Source: a virus
Lineage: Duplodnaviria > Caudoviricetes
Strand: one strand, 5' to 3'
DNA: 35,938 nucleotides
IMG/VR virus record: IMGVR_UViG_3300032212_000088
Location: 1 to 35,938 of that record
The notes beneath the pieces were generated by a model, which saw only the letters and a program-made list of their open reading frames with translations, did no database searches and was not told where the DNA came from. Shown in pieces: positions 1 to 7,585 of this stretch (positions are counted from its first letter, which is position 1; every line of letters begins with the position of its first letter). The position numbers and the translations under genes are program-made.

Positions 1-127
1 GCGCGCGCCGGATTCGGAGCGACATAGTAATTGCCCTCACGCCGCCCGCCTGGCGCCAACTCACTGGCCAGCGACAGAGCCCGCGCTTGCAGCATCGGCT
101 TGATCTCTTCCAGGGATAGATCGCTCA
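1..127. repeat. Terminal direct repeat, copy 1 (127 bp; circular-contig overlap)
   Basis: Bases 1-127 are identical to 35812-35938, and the primase ORF reads through the junction. Confidence 0.95.
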
Positions 128-481
128 CCAATCATTCTCCAACAGATCCGCGATATCCTCGACCACGGCAGGCGCGGAGAGATCCGCCGCCGTCCAGGGG
201 CCGGAGACGGGCAAGTAAATTTCGCCATATCGGTAATGCTTGCGGTTCATTTCGCCCTGTTTCAGAGGCTTGAACGCTGGCACCGTGCCATCGGGCGCCA
301 CGCAAACGCGGTGCGGAACGGCCAGCCAGATCCGGCCGCGCGTGTCTTCGATCACAAAATGACCGCGGCCATCCACATTGATGCGGCCGCGGACACGCCA
401 CATAAAGTCGGGCGCCAGCAACCTGGTCAGAACCGCGCGCGTCAGACGCACGCTGGACGCCCCTTCATCCAGCGCCATCAT
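125..481 (-). CDS. Hypothetical early protein (118 aa)
   Basis: ATGA overlap with the upstream HTH gene and GTGA overlap with the downstream primase start at 128. Confidence 0.7.
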   Translation of the reverse strand: MMALDEGASSVRLTRAVLTRLLAPDFMWRVRGRINVDGRGHFVIEDTRGRIWLAVPHRVCVAPDGTVPAFKPLKQGEMNRKHYRYGEIYLPVSGPWTAADLSAPAVVEDIADLLENDW

Positions 482-867
482 GCCGCCACCGTCTGGATCT
501 GGCGCTCGAAATACTCGACCAGGCCATCGATCTCCGGCCGATCGCGCAGATCCTCGATCATCGGGACAATGCGCGAGATATACCCCTTGCTCACACCGGC
601 CGCCGCCGCGAGATCCGGCGTTGTCACCTCAAACAATGTGCGCACCAGGTAAAGCGCATAGCGACGGGCATACGCCTCCGGCGCGGGCGAGGATCCCAGG
701 CCGCGCCGACCGCGGCGCGTCACGTTCACGGTCGGGACCGCAAAATGCGGCGCCGTGACCTGGGCGCATTGCAGGTAAAGCGCACGCGCCCGCACCACAC
801 GCGGCGCGCGATCGCGGCGCACCCATGTCGGCCGCCCGGCCAGGGTGATCAGGCGATGGCCCTTCAT
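478..867 (-). CDS. DnaA domain IV-like HTH protein (GafY/GafA-N-terminal-like), candidate late-gene activator
   Basis: AYARRYALYLVRTLFEVTTPDLAAAAGVSKGYISRIVPMIEDLRDRPEID parallels the DnaA C-terminal pattern (ARQIAMYL..SL.EIG..FG.DHTTV..A..KIE). Translationally coupled on both sides. Confidence 0.7.
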   Translation of the reverse strand: MKGHRLITLAGRPTWVRRDRAPRVVRARALYLQCAQVTAPHFAVPTVNVTRRGRRGLGSSPAPEAYARRYALYLVRTLFEVTTPDLAAAAGVSKGYISRIVPMIEDLRDRPEIDGLVEYFERQIQTVAA

Positions 868-950
868 CCGCGCAGCACCATGACGACGACAAAGGCCAGA
901 ATGGCCAGGGCGACCAGGAGGCCGGACGTTCCAGAAGATCTTTCATTCAT
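864..950 (-). CDS. Small single-pass membrane protein (28 aa)
   Basis: MNERSSGTSGLLVALAILAFVVVMVLRG; ATGA overlaps with both neighbours. Confidence 0.6.
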   Translation of the reverse strand: MNERSSGTSGLLVALAILAFVVVMVLRG

Positions 951-1372
951 CGTTGCCAATGCTCCACCCCATCGCGAAACAACCGAAAAGGATCCGGAGC
1001 GGCGGGCAGGGAAGAACCCGCCGCCCCGGCCTTGCGCGCAGCGGAAGGGGATCCCGCGCGCAAAGCCTCGTCTTGCACCGCCAGAAGCCAGGCGCGCACG
1101 GTCGGCGTGATCGCCGCCATCGCTCTTTGCTTGGCCGGGCGGATCTCCGGATGCTGCGCCGCATCGACATATTCGCGCACCGCTTCCAGCAACCGAAAGC
1201 AAGGATTCGTTTTATCTTTGGGCGCGCCTGGCAGCACAGCGCCATCGCAGCGCATCGCCAGGCTGCGCAGGACGCGGTTAAGCGCCCGCGATTGCGGCGA
1301 CAGACGCCCGGCCGCCTCGGCCGCCGCGACCAGGCGGCGCCAGATATCGGCATAGGCGGGCGCGCTAGTCAC
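947..1372 (-). CDS. Hypothetical early protein
   Basis: In-operon ORF; GTG start at 1372 preceded by GAGG (alternative ATG at 1390). Confidence 0.65.
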   Translation of the reverse strand: MTSAPAYADIWRRLVAAAEAAGRLSPQSRALNRVLRSLAMRCDGAVLPGAPKDKTNPCFRLLEAVREYVDAAQHPEIRPAKQRAMAAITPTVRAWLLAVQDEALRAGSPSAARKAGAAGSSLPAAPDPFRLFRDGVEHWQR

Positions 1373-1655
1373 GATTGACCTCGTTGACATAGGCCGCCAG
1401 CGTCAGATAGCCGATCGCCAGAGACTCGATCGCCTTCCTGGTCAGCACTTCGGGATTGCCGACGATGGCATGGCGCGCCAAAACATCGCACGCCTCCATT
1501 GATACCGGCCCGGCGATCATCTTCGCGCACCCCTCGACATTCGACACCGCCGTCACCCGGCCGTGCGCATCGGTGCGCAGATCCACGGCGCGGCCGCCCG
1601 CTGTCTCAAACGACATGACCAGGCCCGCGGCATAGGGATTATCGACCACCGGCAT
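1365..1655 (-). CDS. Hypothetical early protein (96 aa)
   Basis: TGATG-coupled to the cro-like gene. Confidence 0.65.
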   Translation of the reverse strand: MPVVDNPYAAGLVMSFETAGGRAVDLRTDAHGRVTAVSNVEGCAKMIAGPVSMEACDVLARHAIVGNPEVLTRKAIESLAIGYLTLAAYVNEVNRD

Positions 1656-1921
1656 CAGGCCGCCGCCTTTTCGAGATCCTGCAAAGACAGACCGCCGAGC
1701 GCCAACTCTTCATATGTCAGCGGGACGGCCTTCTCTTCGGCCAGGGCGATCAATGCGCGATGATGCTTGGCCGGGACGATCCCATTGGATCCGCGCGGCG
1801 CGGCATATGTCCAGCGATAGACCGCGCTTGGCGTCATGCGCAGGGCCAGGGCGATATCGCGCGCACCCAAGCGATTGATAACCAGATCGGCCGGGGCCAG
1901 CCGTTGCACCTCATTTGTCAT
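1655..1921 (-). CDS. cro: Cro-like HTH repressor
   Basis: LGARDIALALRMTPSAVYRW HTH; short gene divergent from the cI-like gene. Confidence 0.8.
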   Translation of the reverse strand: MTNEVQRLAPADLVINRLGARDIALALRMTPSAVYRWTYAAPRGSNGIVPAKHHRALIALAEEKAVPLTYEELALGGLSLQDLEKAAA

Positions 1922-2062
1922 TATTCAATTTCCTCAACTTTCGCGTTGAGGGGGAAGTTGATTGATTCTCAAATCATTGTCAACTAATTGTTGTCACGCA
2001 ATAGGCGACACCCCATATAGAAGGTGATAAGTAATCGAAAGTTAGTGAAGCAGGAGAGCGAT
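1922..2062. promoter_or_regulatory. cro/cI divergent control region with operator-like sites
   Basis: AT-rich spacer; CCTCAAC-N6-GTTGAGG inverted repeat (1932-1951); TTGA-N7-TCAA (1958-1972). Confidence 0.75.
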
Positions 2063-2635
2063 ATGGAAGGAGAAACCCTACGCCAGGCACTTAGAGATGC
2101 TGGCAAAACACAAAGGCAACTGGCGGCCTACATGGCCTTTGATCCGGCCGTTATAACGCGGATCGTGCAGGGCGCCCGCGGCCTCACCCCGGCCGAAGAA
2201 GATCGGATCCGCGAATTCCTGGGCGCGGGCGAGGGGGCGGGTGTCGAACCGAAATTCGGGCCGGTTCCCGTTTATGGCGTTGTAACGGGCGCGCCAAGAG
2301 ACAAAAAAATCCACCTGGATCATGGCTCGATCGTGCGACACACGCGGCGCCACCCGAACCAGGAAGGATTGACCGGCGCTTTCGCCGTGGAAGTGTATGG
2401 CGAAACGATGGCGCCGCGCTATGAACACCGCGAACTGGCCTTCGCGGTGCGCGATCGCTGGCCACGGCGCTTTGAGGATTGCCTGGTCGAATTCAATGAC
2501 GGCTCAACGCGAATCAAACGCTTCCTGGGAGATAGCGGAAACGTGCTCTCATTCATGCGCCTCAATCCAGAGGAAGAATTCGGCATCGCCGCGCGCGAGA
2601 TCAAGGCGCTGCACACAATTGTTGGACGCGGATAG
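2063..2635 (+). CDS. cI: CI-like repressor (XRE HTH plus S24 peptidase-like domain)
   Basis: N-terminal TQRQLAAYMAFDPAVITRIVQG HTH; C-terminal AFAVEVYGETMAPRY...IKRF; AGGAG RBS before ATG 2063. Confidence 0.85.
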   Translation: MEGETLRQALRDAGKTQRQLAAYMAFDPAVITRIVQGARGLTPAEEDRIREFLGAGEGAGVEPKFGPVPVYGVVTGAPRDKKIHLDHGSIVRHTRRHPNQEGLTGAFAVEVYGETMAPRYEHRELAFAVRDRWPRRFEDCLVEFNDGSTRIKRFLGDSGNVLSFMRLNPEEEFGIAAREIKALHTIVGRG

Positions 2636-2644
2636 ATCAATTAT

Positions 2645-2674
2645 TTGACTATTCCTCAATTGCATGATTAAGAT
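2645..2674 (+). promoter_or_regulatory. Putative sigma70 promoter and overlapping operator for xis-int
   Basis: TTGACT-N18-TAAGAT; the -35 lies inside TTGA-ctattcc-TCAA. Confidence 0.55.
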
Positions 2675-2701
2675 CGCCCGCCTCTCGGACAGGAGCGATT
2701 T

Positions 2702-2974
2702 ATGTATCAGCGACAAAGACTCTATATGACCGCGACCGAAGTTGCCGACGCGATCGGCGGCTATCATCCGTCATGGATCTACAAGAATTGGCCGGACCTG
2801 GTGAAGCAACAGGGCTTCCCCGAACCATTGCCGCGGATCAATGGCCGCGGCCGCATCGCCTGGCACCGCCGCAAGGTGGAAGCCTGGCTGGAAGGCAAGC
2901 GGTTCACCGCGCCGAGCGCCGCCAATGATGGCGAGATCCGCGACCCGATCGCGGCACGCCTGGCGCGTCTCTAA
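2702..2974 (+). CDS. xis: Excisionase/AlpA-like HTH protein
   Basis: MTATEVADAIG...WIYK...GFPEPLP...AWHRRKVEAWL; directly upstream of the integrase; AGGAG RBS. Confidence 0.75.
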   Translation: MYQRQRLYMTATEVADAIGGYHPSWIYKNWPDLVKQQGFPEPLPRINGRGRIAWHRRKVEAWLEGKRFTAPSAANDGEIRDPIAARLARL

Positions 2975-2992
2975 CAGAAAAGGACAGGACAG

Positions 2993-4261
2993 ATGGCAAA
3001 GGCAAAACTCCCCCGTTATGTCGCCTGGCGTGAAGGGCGACCGCGCTGGATCCCGTCACCGAAACTGCGCAAGGGCGGATGGAAGGGCAGGGATCTGAAA
3101 GATGCGGCCGGGCAATGGCTCACCTTTGAATCCATGCGCGACCTGGCCGATCGGATCAATGCGGACGTCGATCGCTGGCTTTGCAATGCGCCCACCAAGG
3201 AATTCGCACCCGACCAGGACGCGCCGGATCCGATCGCCCTGGCCGGACCCCTGTCAGAAGAGACACTCGACGCCGCCTGGCACCGCTTCACACATTCGCG
3301 CCATTACCTGAAACTCGCACCGTCCACCAAGAGCGACTATAGATCCAAGATCCGCCCCTTCCTGGCGTTCGCCGGATCCGACCGGCCGGACCAATGGACG
3401 CCGCGCCTCATGGAAGAATGGATGGAGAAGCGCGCAGATCAGCTTTTCGCCATAAAGGCTCTAGGATGGCCACAGACGCGCTGGAATGAATCGACGGCCG
3501 CCGCCAAGGCGATGGCACGCGAAGCCCGCCACGAGGACATGGCGGGCCGGGAAGAGGGCAATACGCCTGGCCAGCCCCAAGCGCTTGGCGAACTGGCGGT
3601 GATCCGCCGCCTCTTTAACTACTGCATCAAGCCTTTGGAATGGACGCACGCCAACCCGGCCGCCGCCTATGGCGCCGAGGGCTTGCGGCCGCGGATCCAT
3701 GCGATACCGATGGAACACCAGGTGCGCCTGGTTGCAACGGCCGAGGATCTAGGGCTCGCGGTAATGGCCGATGCGATTACGATCGCGATCGAGACAGGCG
3801 CACGCGCCGCGGATCTCTTCGCCTTTACCTGGGATAATTTCGAGGACGATCGGGCGCGGTTTACACCCGCCAAAACGCGGCGATCATCGGGCGCCAGGGT
3901 GGATGCACCGCTATCGAAACGCCTGGCCGCCCGGCTGGATCTTATCGCCGAGCGCCAGGGCGGCCGGACGCCAGGCGGCCGGATCTTCCAGGACGTCAAC
4001 GGCGTGCCGATGCAACGGGCGCGGGCGGGGCGCCTGATGGCAGAGATAACCGAGAAGGCCCGCCTTCCAGGGATTCTATTGAAGGATTGCCGCGACACGG
4101 CCGTGGTCCGGCTGGCCGAGGCCGGATGCACACCCTTTGAGATCGCATCGATCTCCGGCCACAGCCTCAAGACCGTGACAACGATCTTGCGCCACTACTT
4201 CGCGCCGACCGCCGCGATCGCCGACAATGCCATCGCCAAACTCGACGGCCGAAAAGCCTAA
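2993..4261 (+). CDS. int: Tyrosine recombinase/integrase
   Basis: TGAR (R), PAKT (K), KDCR (HxxR variant), SGHS (H), RHY (Y). Confidence 0.9.
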   Translation: MAKAKLPRYVAWREGRPRWIPSPKLRKGGWKGRDLKDAAGQWLTFESMRDLADRINADVDRWLCNAPTKEFAPDQDAPDPIALAGPLSEETLDAAWHRFTHSRHYLKLAPSTKSDYRSKIRPFLAFAGSDRPDQWTPRLMEEWMEKRADQLFAIKALGWPQTRWNESTAAAKAMAREARHEDMAGREEGNTPGQPQALGELAVIRRLFNYCIKPLEWTHANPAAAYGAEGLRPRIHAIPMEHQVRLVATAEDLGLAVMADAITIAIETGARAADLFAFTWDNFEDDRARFTPAKTRRSSGARVDAPLSKRLAARLDLIAERQGGRTPGGRIFQDVNGVPMQRARAGRLMAEITEKARLPGILLKDCRDTAVVRLAEAGCTPFEIASISGHSLKTVTTILRHYFAPTAAIADNAIAKLDGRKA

Positions 4262-4262
4262 A

Positions 4263-4480
4263 CGTCTCACGTGAGACGGCCCAGCCCGTCTCACGTTCTA
4301 CTTCTGTTCAAAACGGAACAAAAGGATCAGCTTGAAATCGCTAAGGAAAAGTAGGTTGGAGGCTCAATTTTCTGCCTCAAGTCTTCTGACTCTTAATAAG
4401 CGTTTATCGCCACACTTTCAATCGGTTAGGCGTCTCACGCACCTGAAATAAACACGCATCATCAGATATTGTCTCACGCA
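4263..4480. other. Putative attP
   Basis: Non-coding region after int. GTCTCAC repeats at 4263-4278 (perfect palindrome CGTCTCACGTGAGACG), 4287-4295, 4431-4439 and 4471-4478 flank a tRNA-Lys-anticodon-like core (4386-4397). IHF-like TTTCAATCGGTTA at 4416-4428. Confidence 0.65.
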
Positions 4481-4510
4481 AAAAAGCGCCCGGCGTGACG
4501 GCCGGGCGCT
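4480..4510 (-). terminator. Rho-independent terminator of the late operon
   Basis: AGCGCCCGGC-N6-GCCGGGCGCT stem followed by a T run on the minus strand. Confidence 0.8.
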
Positions 4511-4518
4511 GGATCTAT

Positions 4519-4833
4519 TCATTCCAGGGCAATGATATCTGGCGGATCCGCATTGGTTTCGCCGATCACTGTTTGCAGATCCAAGACCTGGCCCGCATTG
4601 GCGGCCGCGATCGCGGCGCAGCCCAGCAAGGCATCTGTCAGATCTCCGTTAGCGATCGCCAGGATCGCCGGGCAGACCTCCGGCGCGCGCGCCTGGTCGG
4701 CCGTCAACAGGATCGGCGCTTCCACAATCTGCGTAATGTATTCCGTCTCCACCTCCAAGGGCGGCGAGGCCGAGGCACAACTCGTAAGCCACGGCGCCAG
4801 GCACAGGGCTATCACTCCAATCAACATCCGCAT
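4519..4833 (-). CDS. Outer-membrane spanin (Rz1-like lipoprotein)
   Basis: MRMLIGVIALCLAPWLTSC signal with lipobox; GAAGGAG RBS; overlaps the i-spanin in another frame. Confidence 0.65.
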   Translation of the reverse strand: MRMLIGVIALCLAPWLTSCASASPPLEVETEYITQIVEAPILLTADQARAPEVCPAILAIANGDLTDALLGCAAIAAANAGQVLDLQTVIGETNADPPDIIALE

Positions 4834-5194
4834 TGCGGACTCTCCTTCTGCTATCGCTGGCCGATTGTGTGATCGCGGCATCCCTGGCCGCTCGCGCCTC
4901 GTCTATCTCGCGCGCCAGCGCCGCGCGATCGAGGGAAAGCTGAACAATGCGGGCATTGGATTCGGCGCGGGCCTGGCGCTCGACCAGGAGAAGGCCGCGC
5001 GTGTCCAGGTGCGCGCGACGCTCCTGGGATAATTCGCGGTTGACGCCGCGGATCTCGGCCGTCAACGGCCGGACCTGGTAAAGCCAGACGGCGCCCGCGG
5101 CCGCGGACCCGACCAGGGCGGCCAGAACAAACGGCCAGGAAGCGCGCAGGATCCGCAGCATCAAGATCGGCGCATCGAGGCCGAACGGGATCAC
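4649..5194 (-). CDS. Inner-membrane spanin (Rz-like)
   Basis: N-terminal TM segment (WPFVLAALVGSAAAGAVWLY) followed by coiled coil; GTGA-coupled start at 5194. Confidence 0.65.
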   Translation of the reverse strand: MIPFGLDAPILMLRILRASWPFVLAALVGSAAAGAVWLYQVRPLTAEIRGVNRELSQERRAHLDTRGLLLVERQARAESNARIVQLSLDRAALAREIDEARAARDAAITQSASDSRRRVRNADVDWSDSPVPGAVAYELCLGLAALGGGDGIHYADCGSADPVDGRPGARAGGLPGDPGDR

Positions 5195-5916
5195 AGCACG
5201 ACACCCGACTTTGCGGCCAGCCAGCGGCGGATATTTTCCTTTTCGCCATCGCTCGGCACGAAAGAACACATGACCACGCCATAGATCCGGCCGATCACTT
5301 CCAGCGCGGCATAGCCGCCCATCAGATTGATCTCGCTCCACAGCCCGGCCGACAGATCCAGCCCGTCGAATTCGACCACGGCATTGACCGCCTCCGTCGC
5401 GTCGTGCAATTCGTCGCGCGTTGAGACGGCCGCGCCATTGACGCGGCACACAGGCGCGCCCGCGGCAAAGGATACCGCGCTCGCATCACCATCCTGGAAA
5501 ACCGAAAAAAAGCCGGACGTGCTGGCGGCCGTCGCGACCACGGCAAACGTCTCTGACGCATCGATCTGGATCGCCATCGCGACATAGGCGGCCGCGCCTT
5601 GCGTGTAGCCGGATAGAACCAGGTTGTCATTCACCCCATCGAATTCGAGATAGCGGCGGCCGGACGCATCGGCCCGCAAGATCGGCCGTGCGGCCGACGC
5701 AGACGCCAGGGAATAATTGCCGTTGCCGCTTCGATCCATTACCGTGCCGACCGGATCGCCGACACCTGCAGGCGTTAAAGGCGGATAGACCGCCTCCTCC
5801 TGGAACAGCGCGGCGACATCAGACGGATCCACCACGACACCATCGCGACCGCCATCAAACAAGCGACTCGGCTCAAATAGCGTAAAGCCGCCCGTCGCGA
5901 TCGCGGCGGCCAGCAT
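5191..5916 (-). CDS. Head-spike/fibre-like protein (RcGTA Rcc01080-like N-terminus, LamG/concanavalin-like C-terminus)
   Basis: LFDGGRDGVVVDPSDVAALFQ...GDPVGTVMDRSGNGN...ARPIL...YLEFDGVND; follows the spike-base gene with TGATG coupling. Confidence 0.6.
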   Translation of the reverse strand: MLAAAIATGGFTLFEPSRLFDGGRDGVVVDPSDVAALFQEEAVYPPLTPAGVGDPVGTVMDRSGNGNYSLASASAARPILRADASGRRYLEFDGVNDNLVLSGYTQGAAAYVAMAIQIDASETFAVVATAASTSGFFSVFQDGDASAVSFAAGAPVCRVNGAAVSTRDELHDATEAVNAVVEFDGLDLSAGLWSEINLMGGYAALEVIGRIYGVVMCSFVPSDGEKENIRRWLAAKSGVVL

Positions 5917-6188
5917 CAGATAAAGCCCGCCACCAGCTGGCCCGCGGTCGTGCCGGTTGCCTTGACGCGCTGGAAGACAATCCGGTGCCAGACACCGCCC
6001 GCCAGGTTGTTCAATGTCACGGCATTGCCATTGCCATCGACCAGGGCCACATCGCCGCCCGTGCCGCAATAAAGCGCCTGGGGCGGATTGCCGTCCGGAT
6101 CCGATGGCATGGCGTTACTGTCATGCGCGGTGAAGGCATCCATTGTGAAGATTCCCGCGCCAGGCTGGCGCGCGTGTTTAATTGTCAT
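5916..6188 (-). CDS. Spike base protein (RcGTA Rcc01079-like)
   Basis: QALYCGTGGDVALV...VTLNNLAGG...RVKATGTTA pattern recognised from this family. Confidence 0.7.
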   Translation of the reverse strand: MTIKHARQPGAGIFTMDAFTAHDSNAMPSDPDGNPPQALYCGTGGDVALVDGNGNAVTLNNLAGGVWHRIVFQRVKATGTTAGQLVAGFI

Positions 6189-6741
6189 GGCTTTGATCTT
6201 CCTCTTTTGCGCGCCGCGCCACGTCATGGCACAGCGATAACGTCGCCATCAGACGACGCGCCCACCCCAGGCCAAACGTCTGGAAGGTGGACAAATTGCC
6301 GTAATGCTCCATGCGCATCGCGGCGATCTCGATCACAGTCTCGATCTCGCGGCCGTCACGCCGGGCATTGGCGGCGCGTAAGGTTTGCGAGCCGATCACC
6401 CCATCCGGCGCCGTGCGGATCGCCCGCTGCAAAAACAGCCCGGCCTGGTAAACGCCCTGGTTAATCGCCGCATCCAGGCACATGGCCGCCATGACAGGCG
6501 GCAGATCATCGCCGCGGATCCGCTTCCAGTAGAGATCGCGATAGATCGCCATCGCCTCTTCGCCCGACAGATCCCGCACCGCAGACTTGCCGAGATCCGG
6601 ACGCCCGCGCCAGGCGCGCAGCGTCTTGAGGGTGATCCCCATATTGGTGGCGCCGCCTGGATCCTCCGGATGATCGACATAGCCGCCTTCCCACAACAAG
6701 ACGTGCGACATGATCAGGGCGAAGACATGGCCAGGCTTCAT
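6178..6741 (-). CDS. Endolysin, glycoside hydrolase family 108 with peptidoglycan-binding segment
   Basis: EGGYVDHPEDPGGATNMGIT catalytic motif; DGVIGSQTL; FGLGWARR. Confidence 0.9.
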   Translation of the reverse strand: MKPGHVFALIMSHVLLWEGGYVDHPEDPGGATNMGITLKTLRAWRGRPDLGKSAVRDLSGEEAMAIYRDLYWKRIRGDDLPPVMAAMCLDAAINQGVYQAGLFLQRAIRTAPDGVIGSQTLRAANARRDGREIETVIEIAAMRMEHYGNLSTFQTFGLGWARRLMATLSLCHDVARRAKEEDQSHDN

Positions 6742-7238
6742 GAATCACCACCCGCGCGGCGGCGCGCCCAGCCAATCACCAGGCCCGCGAAAGCATCTTG
6801 CTGGCCGGACAGGATCCGGATGGATCCGCGGGTAAAATCAATAAGCGGCAAGGCCACAACACCGACACACAGCGTATTCACCAGCGGGTGCCAGGCCGGA
6901 GATCCCGCCAGGAGCGCGCCATTGATTCCGACCGACAACATGACGCCCATACCCAGGCCGATCGCGGCCCACAATAGACGCTCTTTCCATTCCGCCCATC
7001 TGGATCGGCGTTGATCCGGCGCCGTGCGCGCATACGCGCGGCCGCGGGCCGCGAGATCGATGATCGTGCCGATCGCATACCCCGACAGGGAGAGCCATTC
7101 GATATACGCCGCGCCGTCGCCGACCGTTGCGGCACCCGTCGCAACCGCGGCCGCAAAGATCCAGAAGGCCAGGGGCTCGTAAAGAACCACCAGCCAATCG
7201 CGGGCGCTATCAAAGGCGAGGACAAAACGCTGCGGCAT
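6738..7238 (-). CDS. Putative holin (multi-TM protein)
   Basis: About four hydrophobic segments; ATGA-coupled directly upstream of the endolysin. Confidence 0.55.
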   Translation of the reverse strand: MPQRFVLAFDSARDWLVVLYEPLAFWIFAAAVATGAATVGDGAAYIEWLSLSGYAIGTIIDLAARGRAYARTAPDQRRSRWAEWKERLLWAAIGLGMGVMLSVGINGALLAGSPAWHPLVNTLCVGVVALPLIDFTRGSIRILSGQQDAFAGLVIGWARRRAGGDS

Positions 7239-7576
7239 CAGTCTGCACTCCTGGCCAGCGGCAGGTGCGGGACGATCTGGGCCTTGACCTCGATCTCGAC
7301 TTCCCGATTGACCTGGGCGGCCATCGCCGGATTCTGCGCCGCCATGACGCGCTGCGTATCCTGCAGGATGAAGCGCGGATTGAACCGATCGCCCATGTGC
7401 TTTTCGCCGACCAGGCCGATCGTGGCATTGGCGCCCGGCACCAGGGCCACAATCTTGTAATGCGGCGGCCAGTCAGTCAGAGCCAGGAAGGCTTCCAGCG
7501 CTTCGCGCGCATTGTCGGCCGACGCCAGGGGCGCGCCGCCATCGATGGAATAAATCGCATAGCGTTTGATGGACAT
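7238..7576 (-). CDS. Hypothetical protein (112 aa)
   Basis: AGGAGAG RBS; coupled to the holin-like gene. Confidence 0.65.
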   Translation of the reverse strand: MSIKRYAIYSIDGGAPLASADNAREALEAFLALTDWPPHYKIVALVPGANATIGLVGEKHMGDRFNPRFILQDTQRVMAAQNPAMAAQVNREVEIEVKAQIVPHLPLARSAD

Positions 7577-7585
7577 GAAACTCTC

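Noticed and set aside
1-127. 127-bp repeat as a biological T7-like terminal repeat
   Set aside because: The length equals a common assembler k-mer and it falls mid-gene; most likely an assembly overlap.
1958-1972. CtrA (TTAA-N7-TTAA) or FNR/FixK (TTGAT-N4-ATCAA) host boxes
   Set aside because: Half-site sequence or spacing does not match; the TTGA-N7-TCAA sites fit a phage repressor operator better.
4340-4440. tRNA gene at attP
   Set aside because: Only an anticodon-arm-like segment is present; no D-arm, T-arm or acceptor stem.
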